A DNA stretch of 63,184 nt, the filler included, from Globobulimina sp. (lineage: Eukaryota), in the NCBI GenBank assembly GCA_003354225.1. It is 21 parts of 21 records of this genome, joined end to end, with 100 filler letters (N's around TTAATTAATTAA, not from the genome) between each part and the next. Parts side by side here need not be neighbours in the genome. Positions count along the whole stretch, not along the records: positions 1 to 2,917 come from PIVH01004375.1; positions 3,018 to 5,934 come from PIVH01004376.1; positions 6,035 to 8,951 come from PIVH01004377.1; positions 9,052 to 11,967 come from PIVH01004378.1; 17 more parts are not named here. The stretch is one strand, 5' to 3'. The notes under the pieces were generated by a model that was given only the letters and a program-made list of their open reading frames with translations, ran no database searches and was not told the origin of the DNA. Below are positions 1-12,067 of this stretch, one piece after another (within the stretch, counting starts at the first letter, position 1; every line of letters starts with the position of its first letter). Both the position numbers and the translations under genes were made by a program.

Positions 1-2
1 AC

Positions 3-2917
3 AGCAATAACAATGGATATGTTATCAATTTAAAATCAAACCCACCATCAAGCAAACATTTATTAGCAGGCATTTCAGATTACGGTGAATTGCAGCATCA
101 GCATCCACCGTTATATTATTCAAAGGAGAAAGATTTTACTGACGGATCTAGAAAGAATACAAATATTATTGGCTTTGGAAGGCCTGCCAAACCACCCAAT
201 GTTGGCAAATATTTGCATGAATTTGAACATGCGATGCAGATAAAACAGATAAAAAAAATAATCAATATCAATGATAAGAACATATTAAATGAGAAAGAAA
301 ATGATGAATATATTGTGGAATATGCTGTTTCTCCGCCAAGCTTCAAACAAACTGAACAATGGTTACAATCAAAGGATTTATCACTTTCTCCATCGATAAC
401 ACCAAACAATGAGAGTGCGGATATGTTATTTTCAGCCAAATATGATGAAATATCCAATGTGAGCCCCCAAAAAATAAGGAAAGCAAAACCAAAAAGAAAA
501 TATCAGACACCCTCGCAAAATAAACGGAAACGACCCAGTTATATATTCACTCAAAATGAGCCAATTGGAACACCTCAGGTTGCGGTGGAGAGTAAAGATG
601 ATGCATTGTTGAGTTGTGCTGCGGAATATATTTTGAAATGTAATGAGCGGCATATGGATGAAAAAGTAACTGATGCAACATCTATATTTATCGAAATGGA
701 TAAATATCAAAATTCAAGAAAGACATTGATTACATCGTCAACGTCAACATCACCACCACCTACAGCTGAATATGCGCAATATGCACAAAGTCAATATTCT
801 GCAACGTCTTCGAAGGACTGTGCGTGTCATACAAATCAATATTTGACTATTATGTCCATTGAAGTTACGTATCATTTCATGCAAATAACACGTATATGTA
901 TGAAAAATATATGTACAGATTTTATGTGAAAACCGTAAGGAATTAGAACCAGATCCAAAGTTTGATGCTGTTTTATCGATTGCTATTGTCATTGCTACCG
1001 ACGATGAAATCGCTCATCAAATTATTTTGTTAAATAGTAATCCTATGCAACACGAAAATTGTTATGTTTTCTATGTTGATATTCTATTTTTTTTTCGTAA
1101 ATAATATCCTGTGCTCATTTTATATATTCTCAGTAACAAAGAACAATGGCATTGGCTTAAAATGTTTATCCCAAGAACTTGACAGCAGTAACACTGAGAT
1201 ATTATCATTTGATTCAGAATTAGGAACACTACGAGGATTTGTGGCAACAGTTCGATTCTACGATGCTGATATTATGATTGGATGGGAAATACAAAAGTTG
1301 TCCATAGGCTACATCATAGACCGTGCCATGCATTTAAATCACATCGATATCATCTCTGATTTAAGTCGCATTATCACAGCCAAAAAAAACCAACACTTTC
1401 AGAATAATTCCGCCAAATACAAAGATGAATGGGGCTTGAAAAAAGCGTCAGGAATCCATATCGTGGGCCGAATCTTATTAAATCTGTGGAGATGCTGTCG
1501 CAGTGAGATAAAATTGCATAGCTACACAAAAGAGAATGTCGCATACAATTTATTAAACGAACGAATCGCTAAAATGCCATTCAAATCGCTTACGGCATGG
1601 TACAAGTCATGCAATGGCGACAATTATTATCAGTATCCGATAGTACTCAAATATTTATTAAAAATAACCAGTATTAACTTTGATATCGTCGCTGATATCG
1701 ATTTGATTGGGCGTACTTCTGAAATGGCGCGAGTTATTGGTATCGATTTTTTTTCTGTGCTATCGCGAGGATCGCAGTATCGCGTTGAAAGTTTATTGCT
1801 TCGTATTGGCAAACCGCAGGGATTCATTATGATTTCGCCGAGTCGCGACCAAGTAGCAAACCAAAATGCAGCTGAATGTATCCCGTTGGTGATGGAGCCA
1901 CGTTCATTGATATATACTCAACCTTTGATAGTGCTTGATTTCCAATCATTATATCCATCGATAATGATTGCGTACAATATGTGTTATTCAACCTGTTTGG
2001 GCAAAATCGGAGATCCTTTACCCACAAAGTTAGGGATTAAAAATGATTATAAGTTGGATATTGGCGATGATATCATCAAACAGAATATAAAGGCAAAGGA
2101 TATATGGATCTCGCCAAACGGAGTGATGTTTTTAAAAGCAAATGTTCGAAAAGGAGTTCTTAGTCGCAGGGTGGAGGAGCTATTGGATACAAGAATTATG
2201 ACCAAGAAGACAATGAAAACTATTGATAAAAATACTGACAGCAAATTGTATAAGTTATTGAATGCCAGACAGTATTCATTGAAACTAATATGCAATGTGA
2301 CTTATGGCTATACTTCGGCTGGATTTTCTGGCCGGATGCCCTGCGCCGAAATAGCAGACAGCATTGTCGAAACGGCGAGGGAGACCTTAGAACGCACTGT
2401 TAAGATTATTGAAAATAATGCGAAATGGAATGGGAAGGTTATTTATGGTGATACTGATTCAGTGTTTGTATTACTAAATGATTCGTCGTTGAAGGAAGCA
2501 TTCAAAATTGGCCATGAAATAGCAAAAGTGGTTACTTCTATCAATCCAACACCGATAAAATTAAAGTTTGAGAAAGTATATTATCCGTCGATATTATTAG
2601 CAAAAAAAAGATATGTTGGCTTAATGTATGAAAACAATGAGAATGAAGAACCGGTGATTGATGCAAAAGGGATAGAATTAATACGGCGGGATTCATGTCC
2701 CATTGTTCAGGAAACTATGAAAAATATTTTAGAGATAATATTCAAACAAAGGGACGTTTCTCAAATTAAAAAATATTTGATTGAGAATGTTTGGACCAAA
2801 ATATTAAAAAATGAGATTGCGATAAATAAATATATATTCAATAAAGAAGTGAAATTAGGACATTATAAAAACAAACCGCCAGCTGCTATTGTTGCAGAAC
2901 GAAAATTAATATTTGAC
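3..2917 (+). CDS. REV3: DNA polymerase zeta catalytic subunit, partial at both ends; introns 864-918 and 1061-1133
   Basis: PolB motifs LDFQSLYPS, KLICNVTYGY, YGDTDS, KKRY; REV3-typical SRGSQYRVES and SAGFSGRMPCAEIADSI. Splicing restores LTIMSIE|ILCENRKELEPDPKFD. Confidence 0.95.
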
Positions 2918-3017
2918 NNNNNNNNNNNNNNNNNNNNNNNNNNNNNNNNNNNNNNNNNNNNTTAATTAATTAANNNNNNNNNNNNNNNNNNNNNNNNNNN
3001 NNNNNNNNNNNNNNNNN
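2918..3017. other. Artificial contig spacer (first of 20)
   Basis: N44-TTAATTAATTAA-N44 (stops in all six frames). Others start at 5935, 8952, 11968, 14984, 18000, 21016, 24031, 27045, 30058, 33071, 36084, 39097, 42109, 45120, 48131, 51142, 54153, 57164 and 60175. Confidence 0.99.
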
Positions 3018-3198
3018 TGTAAAAAACTGTAAATTCAAAGAGTTTACAGTAAAAAACAGTAATTTCAAACTGAAAAGCAAAAAATTAAATGTTACCTTTA
3101 ACATTTTATTATTAACCTATTTTCCTTCCCAAGAAACAGAGAAATTACTTGATATAGGAAAATTGATAAAAAGCCAGTAAATCTTTTTCTAAGTCGAC

Positions 3199-5848
3199 AT
3201 GGCTCGTCCCAACTTACGTGAGATATCGAATGATGAATTAAAACGTCAGTTAGTATCGGGAGGGGGTTCATTCACCACCACGTTAAAACGCCGTCATTTG
3301 CCAATGGCATATAATTTATATCGCCAGGATCAGTTAGTCATAAAAAATCTATCTTCAAAACGTTCTGGAAACTCTGATCATTACATGCGAGCCGTGCAAA
3401 ATATTAAAAAAAAATGGGACCAATCACAAGAAACACAAACGAAATATAACAAACTACGTAACATTATCGACAAAGAAATAAAGTCATTGCGGGAATGGGA
3501 ACTACAAATGGTCCGTTTTGGCGAAAAACATCCAGAATCAATGGTGATTAATGATGCATCATGGCATTGGCAGCAAGATCAGGTCTCATTATATTATCCT
3601 TATCCTTGCACTAATTAGCAATCACATCCTCGCTCTACACAAACAGTACAAATTTGTGCATCCGCGTGTCCGCGATCGGCACTCTCCATTCCAATTTGTA
3701 AAATCATTAAAGCGATTTGGTCCAAACAAAGCCGTTCAAAAAGCGAAATTCAATGAGCTATATCTCGAATGGAAATCGTGTGACAATAATTTAAAACTAT
3801 TGTCGTGGCCCACTGTCGGTGGCCGTATTGTAGATTTGTTTGAATTGTATCGCTGTATTGTATTGCAAGGCGGTTTGGGCCGCACACTCAAAAAAACCTT
3901 TATATGGAAAGACCTCGGCAGTGCCATGCGATTATGCGGTACCGGCGATACCTTATTCTATCAATTACGCGTCATTTACCATAAGTTTTTATTGTGCTTC
4001 GAGCATAAATATCAAGTATGTAAAGAACGGGCCGATGTCAACAAATTGAAGCTAAAAAATACGTGGATTAAACCCCACGAAGAAGATGAACATAATATGA
4101 TTCATATTGACTATGAATATGTGGCAGAGGACGAATACCATCCATTCAGTGACAATGACAAAAAGAAACATAAACACAAACGTAAAGGTAAAAGAAAGCA
4201 TAAACACAACAATAAGAGTGAGATTATGCGGATTGCATTCGATTCGGTGCTCCATTCCATGGATGAATATAGCTCCGATGATATATATTACACTGAGCCA
4301 AGGAATAAAAAACGCAAATTAGTGCTTAGAAACGAGCATAAATCTCATTTTAATGCCACAGCCAACAAATCCTCTGTGACTTGCATCGATAGCCACAATG
4401 TCTACGGTAAGGATCAGAAAAGTAATGGAATGAATCGGCATTTTAATAATTATTGGAATGGAATGCATATGATTCGTGCCATTATTTTATCACTAAAATC
4501 GCGCGTAGCGGGTAATGTGAATTGGGCATTGAATCGATTGTTATTTTTAAGTTATAACACGAAGAGTAATGTTGTTGAACCATTTATTATTAAACACCAT
4601 GCAAAGGAATTAATTGATTGTTTGTTAGCTTTAATGCCCGCCATGAATGAAATTAACACACTCGAAGCAAATGGATATGATATAAACCATTCGTTGTTGA
4701 GCTTGGAATTAATATCAAATTGTTTTGGACATAATAAATCAATGGATATTAAGGGATTGAAATCTATCCGGAATGATACCAATTGTTTATTGGATCCATC
4801 TGTGTCAAGGTGTATTTTACGCATTTTATCCAATTTAGCGTTGACTGCGGATAATATGGGGTCTATGTGCGAGCATAATGTGTTATTGCCGTATTTATTG
4901 GAGTTAGTACGACGGAGAGATTTTATATCCTCGCATTGCTATTTTAAAAATAAAGATTGTGACTATTCGGAGATACATATTGATGCTATACGGATTATTG
5001 CACATTTGTCGCAAAAGATTACTTTGACGAAATGGTGTGGGGAATATATGGAATCGCAGCAAGAAAAGAGATATAAAGAGAAAATACCACAAAGTGATAT
5101 TAAATTTGACGATGATAAATATAAAACCAATTCCATTCGATTTGTAGAGAGATTAATGGATATTTTATGTGTAAATTTATCCATTTCATCGATAATTGAT
5201 ACTAAAGAGCATAAACATTGGATGCTTTGTTATTCGTTAATGATTTGTTGTCATTTAGCTGCTAATCCTAATAACCATGGTGTGTTAGATAAGTTTGTTA
5301 AACATACGAATGTTAAAAAGGAGGAGGACAATCATAATAAAATAAAATGTGTGGATTTATCGAATGTGATATCTTTTAAGGGTATGATTGATACATCGAA
5401 TGTAATGTTATTTGATGATGACAAAGAACTGAAAGAAGAGAAAGAATATGAATGGATATTAAGAATTACTGATCACGTTTTATCACCGCATGCACAGATT
5501 AAATTATATGCAATTCAAGCATTGGTTTACTTATTTGAATCCAATATAAATTATACAAAATATTTATTTTATCATAAAGATGCTGTTAAAGGATTAATAA
5601 TTCATTTAGTTGGGATTGGAAATAATGATTTTTATGGACAACAATTGTATCGATCTGCAAGTTATTTGTTGTCGTTGTTGTATAAACAATGTGGAAACGA
5701 ATCGAATCATATTCATTTTTTCCGTAATGTAAATAATCGAATATTTGAGTCGTGTGCGCAATATGATGACTTTGCATGTTATGCAATTCATTTAACCAAT
5801 TTGAAACGAGAAAATGCAAATCCTCAACAAAACGTTTTAAATTTATAA
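3199..5848 (+). CDS. ARID-domain SWI/SNF subunit-like protein (ARID1/ARID2/Rsc9 type) with N-terminal HMG-box-like region; intron 3583-3646
   Basis: ARID motif VDLFELYRCIVLQGG...WKDLG...LRVIYHKFLLCFE; LSLKS...VNWALNRLLFLS ARM-region motif. A phase-0 GT..AG intron joins ORFs 3199 and 3551. Confidence 0.8.
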
Positions 5849-6034
5849 TGTAATATTCCACATCAGAGATTTCCTTGTTTTCAATTTATACTGTCCAACA
5901 AACATCATCTATCTCGTCATATCGTCTAAATTGTNNNNNNNNNNNNNNNNNNNNNNNNNNNNNNNNNNNNNNNNNNNNTTAATTAATTAANNNNNNNNNN
6001 NNNNNNNNNNNNNNNNNNNNNNNNNNNNNNNNNN

Positions 6035-7060
6035 ATTTAAACAGGAACGTAACAGTGTTTTATTGATGTTTTTATAATCTTTTTGCCATTCATCTCTTGC
6101 TTCTGCCCATTCATTAAAATACAATCGATCGCACACTGCATTTGGACCATATAATATCACACAGGAAACATTATTATTTATTGCTTCTTGTATAAATATT
6201 TCCAACTTATTTTCTAGATTTATGTTATCATTCAACATTGCTTTTATCTTACCACTAAATGTATGTTTAGTGCTGGCTGGAATTGTTTTATTTTTATATT
6301 TATCCGCCAGCAAAACATACGGAGCGTATAAATGTGCGCAAAAAAATAAATCAAAATTTGTTACAATTATATCCGTCGAATATTTCTCTAAATAGTATAC
6401 GGATGGATAATATCCACATTTTTGCACTTTTTGACCAAACAATTTAATATTTTCTTTCATGAAATGTTTATATACCACTTTATTCTTTATGTTTTTTCCA
6501 TATTTTGTTTGATTGATATTTTGTGTTAAGCTGAAGTAAAAACTATTATTCCAATCATTCATTTGTACTGCAAAATGTTGACGCAATAATGGTGAAAGAG
6601 AGTACATATTTGGTATTGTTAATGATGGTGAGGGTGCATTTTGGAAATTAAATATTGAATAATTTGTATCATTGCGCTCCAGATATTTATGTAAAACCCA
6701 GAAGAAAAACAATCCCGTATTCTCAGCGGTGCTATCACCACAAATAAATAATCTATGATTGGATAATGATGACACAATGTTTGCAGTTGATAGGTGTGGA
6801 AATATGCAATGCTGACTAGTTCCATCCAGCACAATATCTATATGTGAAGGAACATTATCATAATTTGCTTGTGATAATTGTAACACATATTCATCAATAA
6901 TATTTTGAATTAGATTTAATGATATCGATAAGGATGAATCTTCATAATCATACACAGGTTGAAAAATAGGTTTATCCCCATAATAATACAGCACACCATA
7001 CAGAAACACAGAACATAATATGACAATACTCAGCATGTACCAACGTGACAATTGAGCCAT
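6035..7060 (-). CDS. Type II membrane protein with GDS motif (SGNH/PC-esterase-like), 3' partial
   Basis: N-terminal TM anchor; LFICGDST motif. Confidence 0.55.
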
Positions 7061-7131
7061 GAGCGAGTTCCTTTGATAATTACATATTCACGGAGTAGAA
7101 AAACTTTATTTTTCAAACAGAGTCAGTGCTA

Positions 7132-8951
7132 ATGGATTTCTCAAGCGATTTCCTGCACGAAAATAATGTTGCAGGTCAAACATTATTACATTTAGTGTCT
7201 CGCGGCAGTTCAACAATCGCAGAAATGCTCCGCTTAGCTGATAATGTGCCGGGAGTGTTTACGGGCGAAGATAGCCACGAAGCAGATAAATACAAAGATA
7301 TAGTATTTGATTTTATGTATTTAAAAAAACAAGATCAATATGACCATCGTGTAGAAAACAATGAGATATTGTTAGACTTAGATGATGAATTTCGCGAGAA
7401 TCATATCGAACTATTGCAAAGATTTTATGAATTATTTGAATCCATAGTTCGATATCATACCGATTTTTTAACTTTTATACGCAATATCCGAGATGGAATG
7501 TTCTTGCAATACTCGTTTGAAAACCTAATGAATGATTTGGACGGATGCCAACTCATTGCAGAGGCAATCTATTTGTACGGCGTCATGTTGCTAATAATGG
7601 ACGTGCGCTTACCTGGACCCGTCAGAGAGAAATTAGTGATCGCATATTATCGATGGAAAGGATCAATCATTGAATCCACCATTCGTAGCGTCGTCAAATT
7701 ATGTCGATCCACTGGCTTTGTATATGGCGGCACCAAAAGACCGAAGAAATATCCTGATTCGTTTTTTAGTCGTTTTGCCATACCCCACGATATCATTGAC
7801 GTTGTGGTTGGTAAATTAAAAGAAGATGATATATATAATGCGTGCGCCTCGTGGCCCTCTCCCAAACACAGAACCACTATGTTGGCGCCACAGGGCTCCA
7901 TCTTATACGTCATACTATATTTCTCGCCGCACATTTTACACAAGCAACAGGCCACTATGCGTTCCATCGTAGACAGGTATTTCAGTGACAACTGGGTCAT
8001 TCCGGTCTATATGGGCATCTTAGTGGATTTGAATGATTGGTGGGATTTTTATAAAGCGGCCAAAGCGGCGCTAAAAAATACTATGCACAAAACCAACGTG
8101 GAACGCATCATATCAACGCATAAAAAATCCATACCAATCTTACAAAAACAAGTGAAAAAATACTTAACCGAAGGCGTGTTAGTTGAAGATTTTGTGATGG
8201 ACAATTTACATCAGATATTATCCTCTTTGCGCGATTTAAATGTGTGTATAAGATGGACTATGTTGCATAGAAAATGTAGCAATAAAAAATTTCGCGAAGA
8301 AATTGTAAACTTAATGGGTCGCGATGAGATATTATTGATTTTGATGAAAATATCGCAGTTTGAATTTAAAATAAAGAGCATGTTATCGCAAATGTTATTA
8401 GATAAGAAAAAGAAATGGAATAATTATAAAAACGAATGTTATGAGCGAATGAAGGAACTGTCTGCCTATTTTAGTGGCGATGTGCCGTTGACGCGAATCA
8501 AAAAAAACAAAAAACTACAAAAATGGTTCACTTATTTGGCGCAACAAATTGAGTCCTTAGATGTCGATGGCAGCGGCAATGTGGAAGGCAGGAAATTATT
8601 GAAAATAATGAAAGCTTTGGAAGATGTTCAACGATACCACCAAATTGATAATTCATTGCAAATCAAACAGTTCTTATATGACACCCAATTATATTTACGC
8701 AAAATGGTACGCACAGTGCATGTTCGTGATGAAGTTATTGCCACTTTGTCGATTATATCCGACTTTAGTTTCGCATGGGAGATAATGAGCGAATATGTCA
8801 AGTTGATGCAAGCGTACATCAAGAAGGACCCCAAAGTGGTGTTGTTATTACGCGCCATATTCTTAAAAATGGTGTCCATATTAGATCTGCCATTAAATCG
8901 CATCCATCAATGCAATTCGCAGGATTTAATCTCAGTGTCGGCCTATTATTC
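7132..8951 (+). CDS. WASHC5: WASH complex subunit strumpellin, 3' partial
   Basis: DFLHENNVAGQTLLHLVSRG, LDDEFRENH, EAIYLYGVMLL, IVDRYFSDNW, SDFSFAW. Confidence 0.95.
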
Positions 8952-9176
8952 NNNNNNNNNNNNNNNNNNNNNNNNNNNNNNNNNNNNNNNNNNNNTTAAT
9001 TAATTAANNNNNNNNNNNNNNNNNNNNNNNNNNNNNNNNNNNNNNNNNNNNGAAAGTACGAAGTCAGAATATTTATCTCGAATAACCTAGGAGGGGACAG
9101 GCCCCAAAAACCCAAGAGGAATTTTTTTTAGTACGAATATTTTCAAGTTGAAGAAACAATTTATAAAGATTAAAAA

Positions 9177-9284
9177 TATTCTGAATGAGATTCGAACTCA
9201 TTTATATCACCATGACAGAACACCATTTTTTTTTATTTTCACGACATTTTTGCACTTACGTTACATGGTAGCCGTGTTCAGAAT
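9177..9284 (-). pseudogene. tRNA-Asp(GTC)-like element with expanded, non-canonical D region
   Basis: Acceptor stem ATTCTGA/TCAGAAT plus discriminator A; T-arm ATGAG-TTCGAAT-CTCAT; loop CTGTCAT at the canonical anticodon position. The anticodon stem is only G-T paired and the D region is 54 nt. Confidence 0.5.
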
Positions 9285-9415
9285 GAAGTCATGATTCGCA
9301 CTTACGTGAATAATGACAACTTCATCTGAAATTATTATATTTAAACATTAGTCATTCATTGAGCAGTATGAAGTCATGATTTGCACTTACGTGACTAATG
9401 ACAACCTCATATGAA
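9283..9415. repeat. Two 48-nt hairpin-forming direct repeats separated by 37 nt
   Basis: ATGAAGTCATGATT(C/T)GCACTTACGTGA(A/C)TAATGACAAC(T/C)TCAT(C/A)TGAA at 9283-9330 and 9368-9415. Confidence 0.85.
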
Positions 9416-9512
9416 TTTTTTTTCATCATTAAGAAGTCATAGATAAATCTCGTAACTTTGTTACCACCGATCAACACTACGAAATAATTAAAATCCACGT
9501 GTACACTGAATA

Positions 9513-10338
9513 TTATATATATTTAGTAAATAGACAGATGTAGTAAGAAATGACCATAATAGCTAAATTGGAACATATTTCATGGGGAATAAACACAATT
9601 TGCGTTTGTTTGTGGTGCTTTGTGCCCTGTATTTTGTCACAAGTACACCAACCAAATACTTTCAATATGAAAAACAAAGCCAGTATAACCAATGTAGCAT
9701 AAAATAATAACGCCGCTATTTCAATATCAATTACACCATTTTTCGATTTTGATTCCGTAAGTCCAACGCGGTTGATTTGTGGTGATATGATTATGATCGA
9801 CCCCTTTGCTGTTTCTGTTGCACTAAAATTCGTTGAGGCATCAACATTTTTATCTTTTTCCTTTTTTGATTTTTTTTTATCGCAATTACATGCATTTGGA
9901 CACGAACTGCAACAATAGCCATATAGCCATGATGCACCACAATTATTCCATTTTTTTCTTTGTTTACATGTTGCTCCAGATGTTGCATCAGACGTAGGGT
10001 GAATGTCAGATGCACAGTTAAATGGAGTCGGGTAGTATTCGGATGGAATATTGCTTATATTACCATTATAACATATGTTTAAACAGGATATATATCCACA
10101 CGTTAAACAGCAATAACCGTTTACCAGTGATTCATGACATTTGTTGCCGATAATAATCTAAGCAAATATATTGTGGATCTGGAGAGAAATCTGTTGCGCA
10201 TTGTTGTGATGTTGTATAAAAAGTAGTAGTATTTGGATTTTGTGTTGTTGATGTTGACTCAGTTACGTTGTCGCTATGGATTAGTTTCGATTGTGACAGC
10301 AATAATAGGGAAATGCAGCAAATCGACCTCATTTTCAT
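9513..10338 (-). pseudogene. Frameshifted type I membrane protein with two Cys-rich (ShK-like) repeats
   Basis: Signal peptide MKMRSICC..; frame change near 10149 continues GNKCHESLVNGYCCLTCG...TCKQRKKWNNCGASWLYGYCCSSC, then a TM helix. The second frame is open to 9513. Confidence 0.65.
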
Positions 10339-10753
10339 TAGGATGTTCCACAAGATTTTCGCTAAAGTTTTTAAAAGTCTGTTTGTCAAGTTCCAGCATT
10401 CAAAACAAAATCCGTTAAACACATAACAAAATAGTAATTTGCTTTCTTCCCTTGCCCTAATACTAGAATTTGAAACAAATGTCCACGTTTTTACAGTATT
10501 ATTTCTTTCAATGTCCGTTAATAATCGGATTAGTTCTTTCCGTTAATGAACAAGATTTATCAAGCAGTTAAGAGTAGGCTACAATATTGAAACTAATTAA
10601 TATTAAGTGAGGCAATAGAAACATTGTTACAAAAAAAGCAAATAATTTAAATAAATATCATTTTGCACGGATTTCATGCCGATTTCGAGAAAGAGAACTG
10701 TTAATATTCACAATATTATATTTGTGCAACAGATAAACAAAATTTTGAGGTAA

Positions 10754-11212
10754 CTAAACTCGCGTAAATACATTTCGTATGATGGAACCAAGCGAATTTC
10801 TATGAACATCCATAATCTGATATGCATCATTATTCTCAACATATTCTATTGCATTTGAAATGTGAATTTCTTGCGGATCACTCAAAGGTTTGTAACTTAC
10901 ATTCGATTTTAAACTCTCAATATTATCTGAATTATCTCGCATTGCGATTGGCATCGATTCATATCTTGCTCTATTTTTGGTCAATAAATATTTTTCAATC
11001 AATTCGATTTTTCTAATTTGAGCAGAAATTTTCGCTTTTAATTCTCGAATAGTTATTGGTAAGCTTTTTGACGTTATCTGTTTCATTTTGGCCATTAATT
11101 GCAATAATTTATCCTTTGCTGACATCAATGTTTCATCGGATGCGTCGTGTAAATCAATATATTCATCCACAGTGTCATTAGACACTAATCCTTTGAGTCC
11201 AGCGGGTAACAT
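10754..11212 (-). CDS. Hypothetical protein with helical/coiled-coil segment
   Basis: 152-aa ATG ORF with plausible composition; no motif recognised. Confidence 0.5.
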   Translation of the reverse strand: MLPAGLKGLVSNDTVDEYIDLHDASDETLMSAKDKLLQLMAKMKQITSKSLPITIRELKAKISAQIRKIELIEKYLLTKNRARYESMPIAMRDNSDNIESLKSNVSYKPLSDPQEIHISNAIEYVENNDAYQIMDVHRNSLGSIIRNVFTRV

Positions 11213-11289
11213 GTCGCAATCCGCTGTGAAAATCCGAGCTTAACCAAACTGAAAAAAAAACATTATGCATATCTTTTATTAATATAACA

Positions 11290-11720
11290 ATGGCAGCCTC
11301 ACAGCAGATAACAGAATACATATCATTCTGTACCATACCATTGTTTGGTTTATTATTATGCATTGGTGTCGTTGTCTTAACTCTAGCATATGTTAAATCG
11401 CCCTTACATTCCACCACATATCCCTTAGCCTGTCTTTTTGTTACAATATTGGATATTTATGTCGACATTGGATATTTAATCATATTGTCTTTGCATTTCG
11501 ATACAATTTATGATGGTGATTTTGTTCCATTGTTGTTATATTCATTCTCAATGTTTTTTTCATTATTAATAAATACAATATTTTCAATCAATGCGTTTTC
11601 TAAACAATTTCGCAACAATCCATTGGCTGTCACATGGCGTCATAGACATAAATGTTTAGTAATATTTATTCGCATAATCTCATCCTTTGACTTATTAGAA
11701 TGTAATTTAGATAATTTCCA
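11290..11720 (+). CDS. Multipass membrane protein, truncated at a probable chimeric junction
   Basis: Three to four hydrophobic helices; abrupt composition change near 11725. Confidence 0.55.
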
Positions 11721-12067
11721 CAAAAGGAAGGAGATGACCGTGATCCGTACTGTTTACTGTCAAGTCGCGTTGTGTCTTTTGATGATCTCAGTTGGCACGA
11801 CCGTAGCAGACGAGGTGGCCTTTCACGATCGTGCCCTGGGGGTGGTGTTTCCCACCAAGATCGGCCGGATCTGTTGCAGCAAGTACAGACCGTCTGGCGA
11901 TCCGAAATTTGGGTACCGTCTTGTCCTTACACCGGATAAGGGTTCCGCCGTGGCTCGCACCTACTGGNNNNNNNNNNNNNNNNNNNNNNNNNNNNNNNNN
12001 NNNNNNNNNNNTTAATTAATTAANNNNNNNNNNNNNNNNNNNNNNNNNNNNNNNNNNNNNNNNNNNN

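Noticed and set aside
1064-2917. Viral or Polinton PolB
   Set aside because: REV3-specific motifs and spliceosomal introns indicate nuclear Pol zeta.
2918-3017. Periodic TTAATTAATTAA palindromes every 3 kb, and apparent gene clusters across them
   Set aside because: These are artificial linkers between size-sorted contigs. Cross-spacer adjacency and ORFs running through N are meaningless.
3019-3069. 21-nt imperfect direct repeat at the contig start
   Set aside because: Two low-complexity copies at an assembly edge.
9283-9415. CRISPR-like repeat-spacer-repeat
   Set aside because: Only two imperfect 48-nt copies, no cas genes, eukaryotic context.
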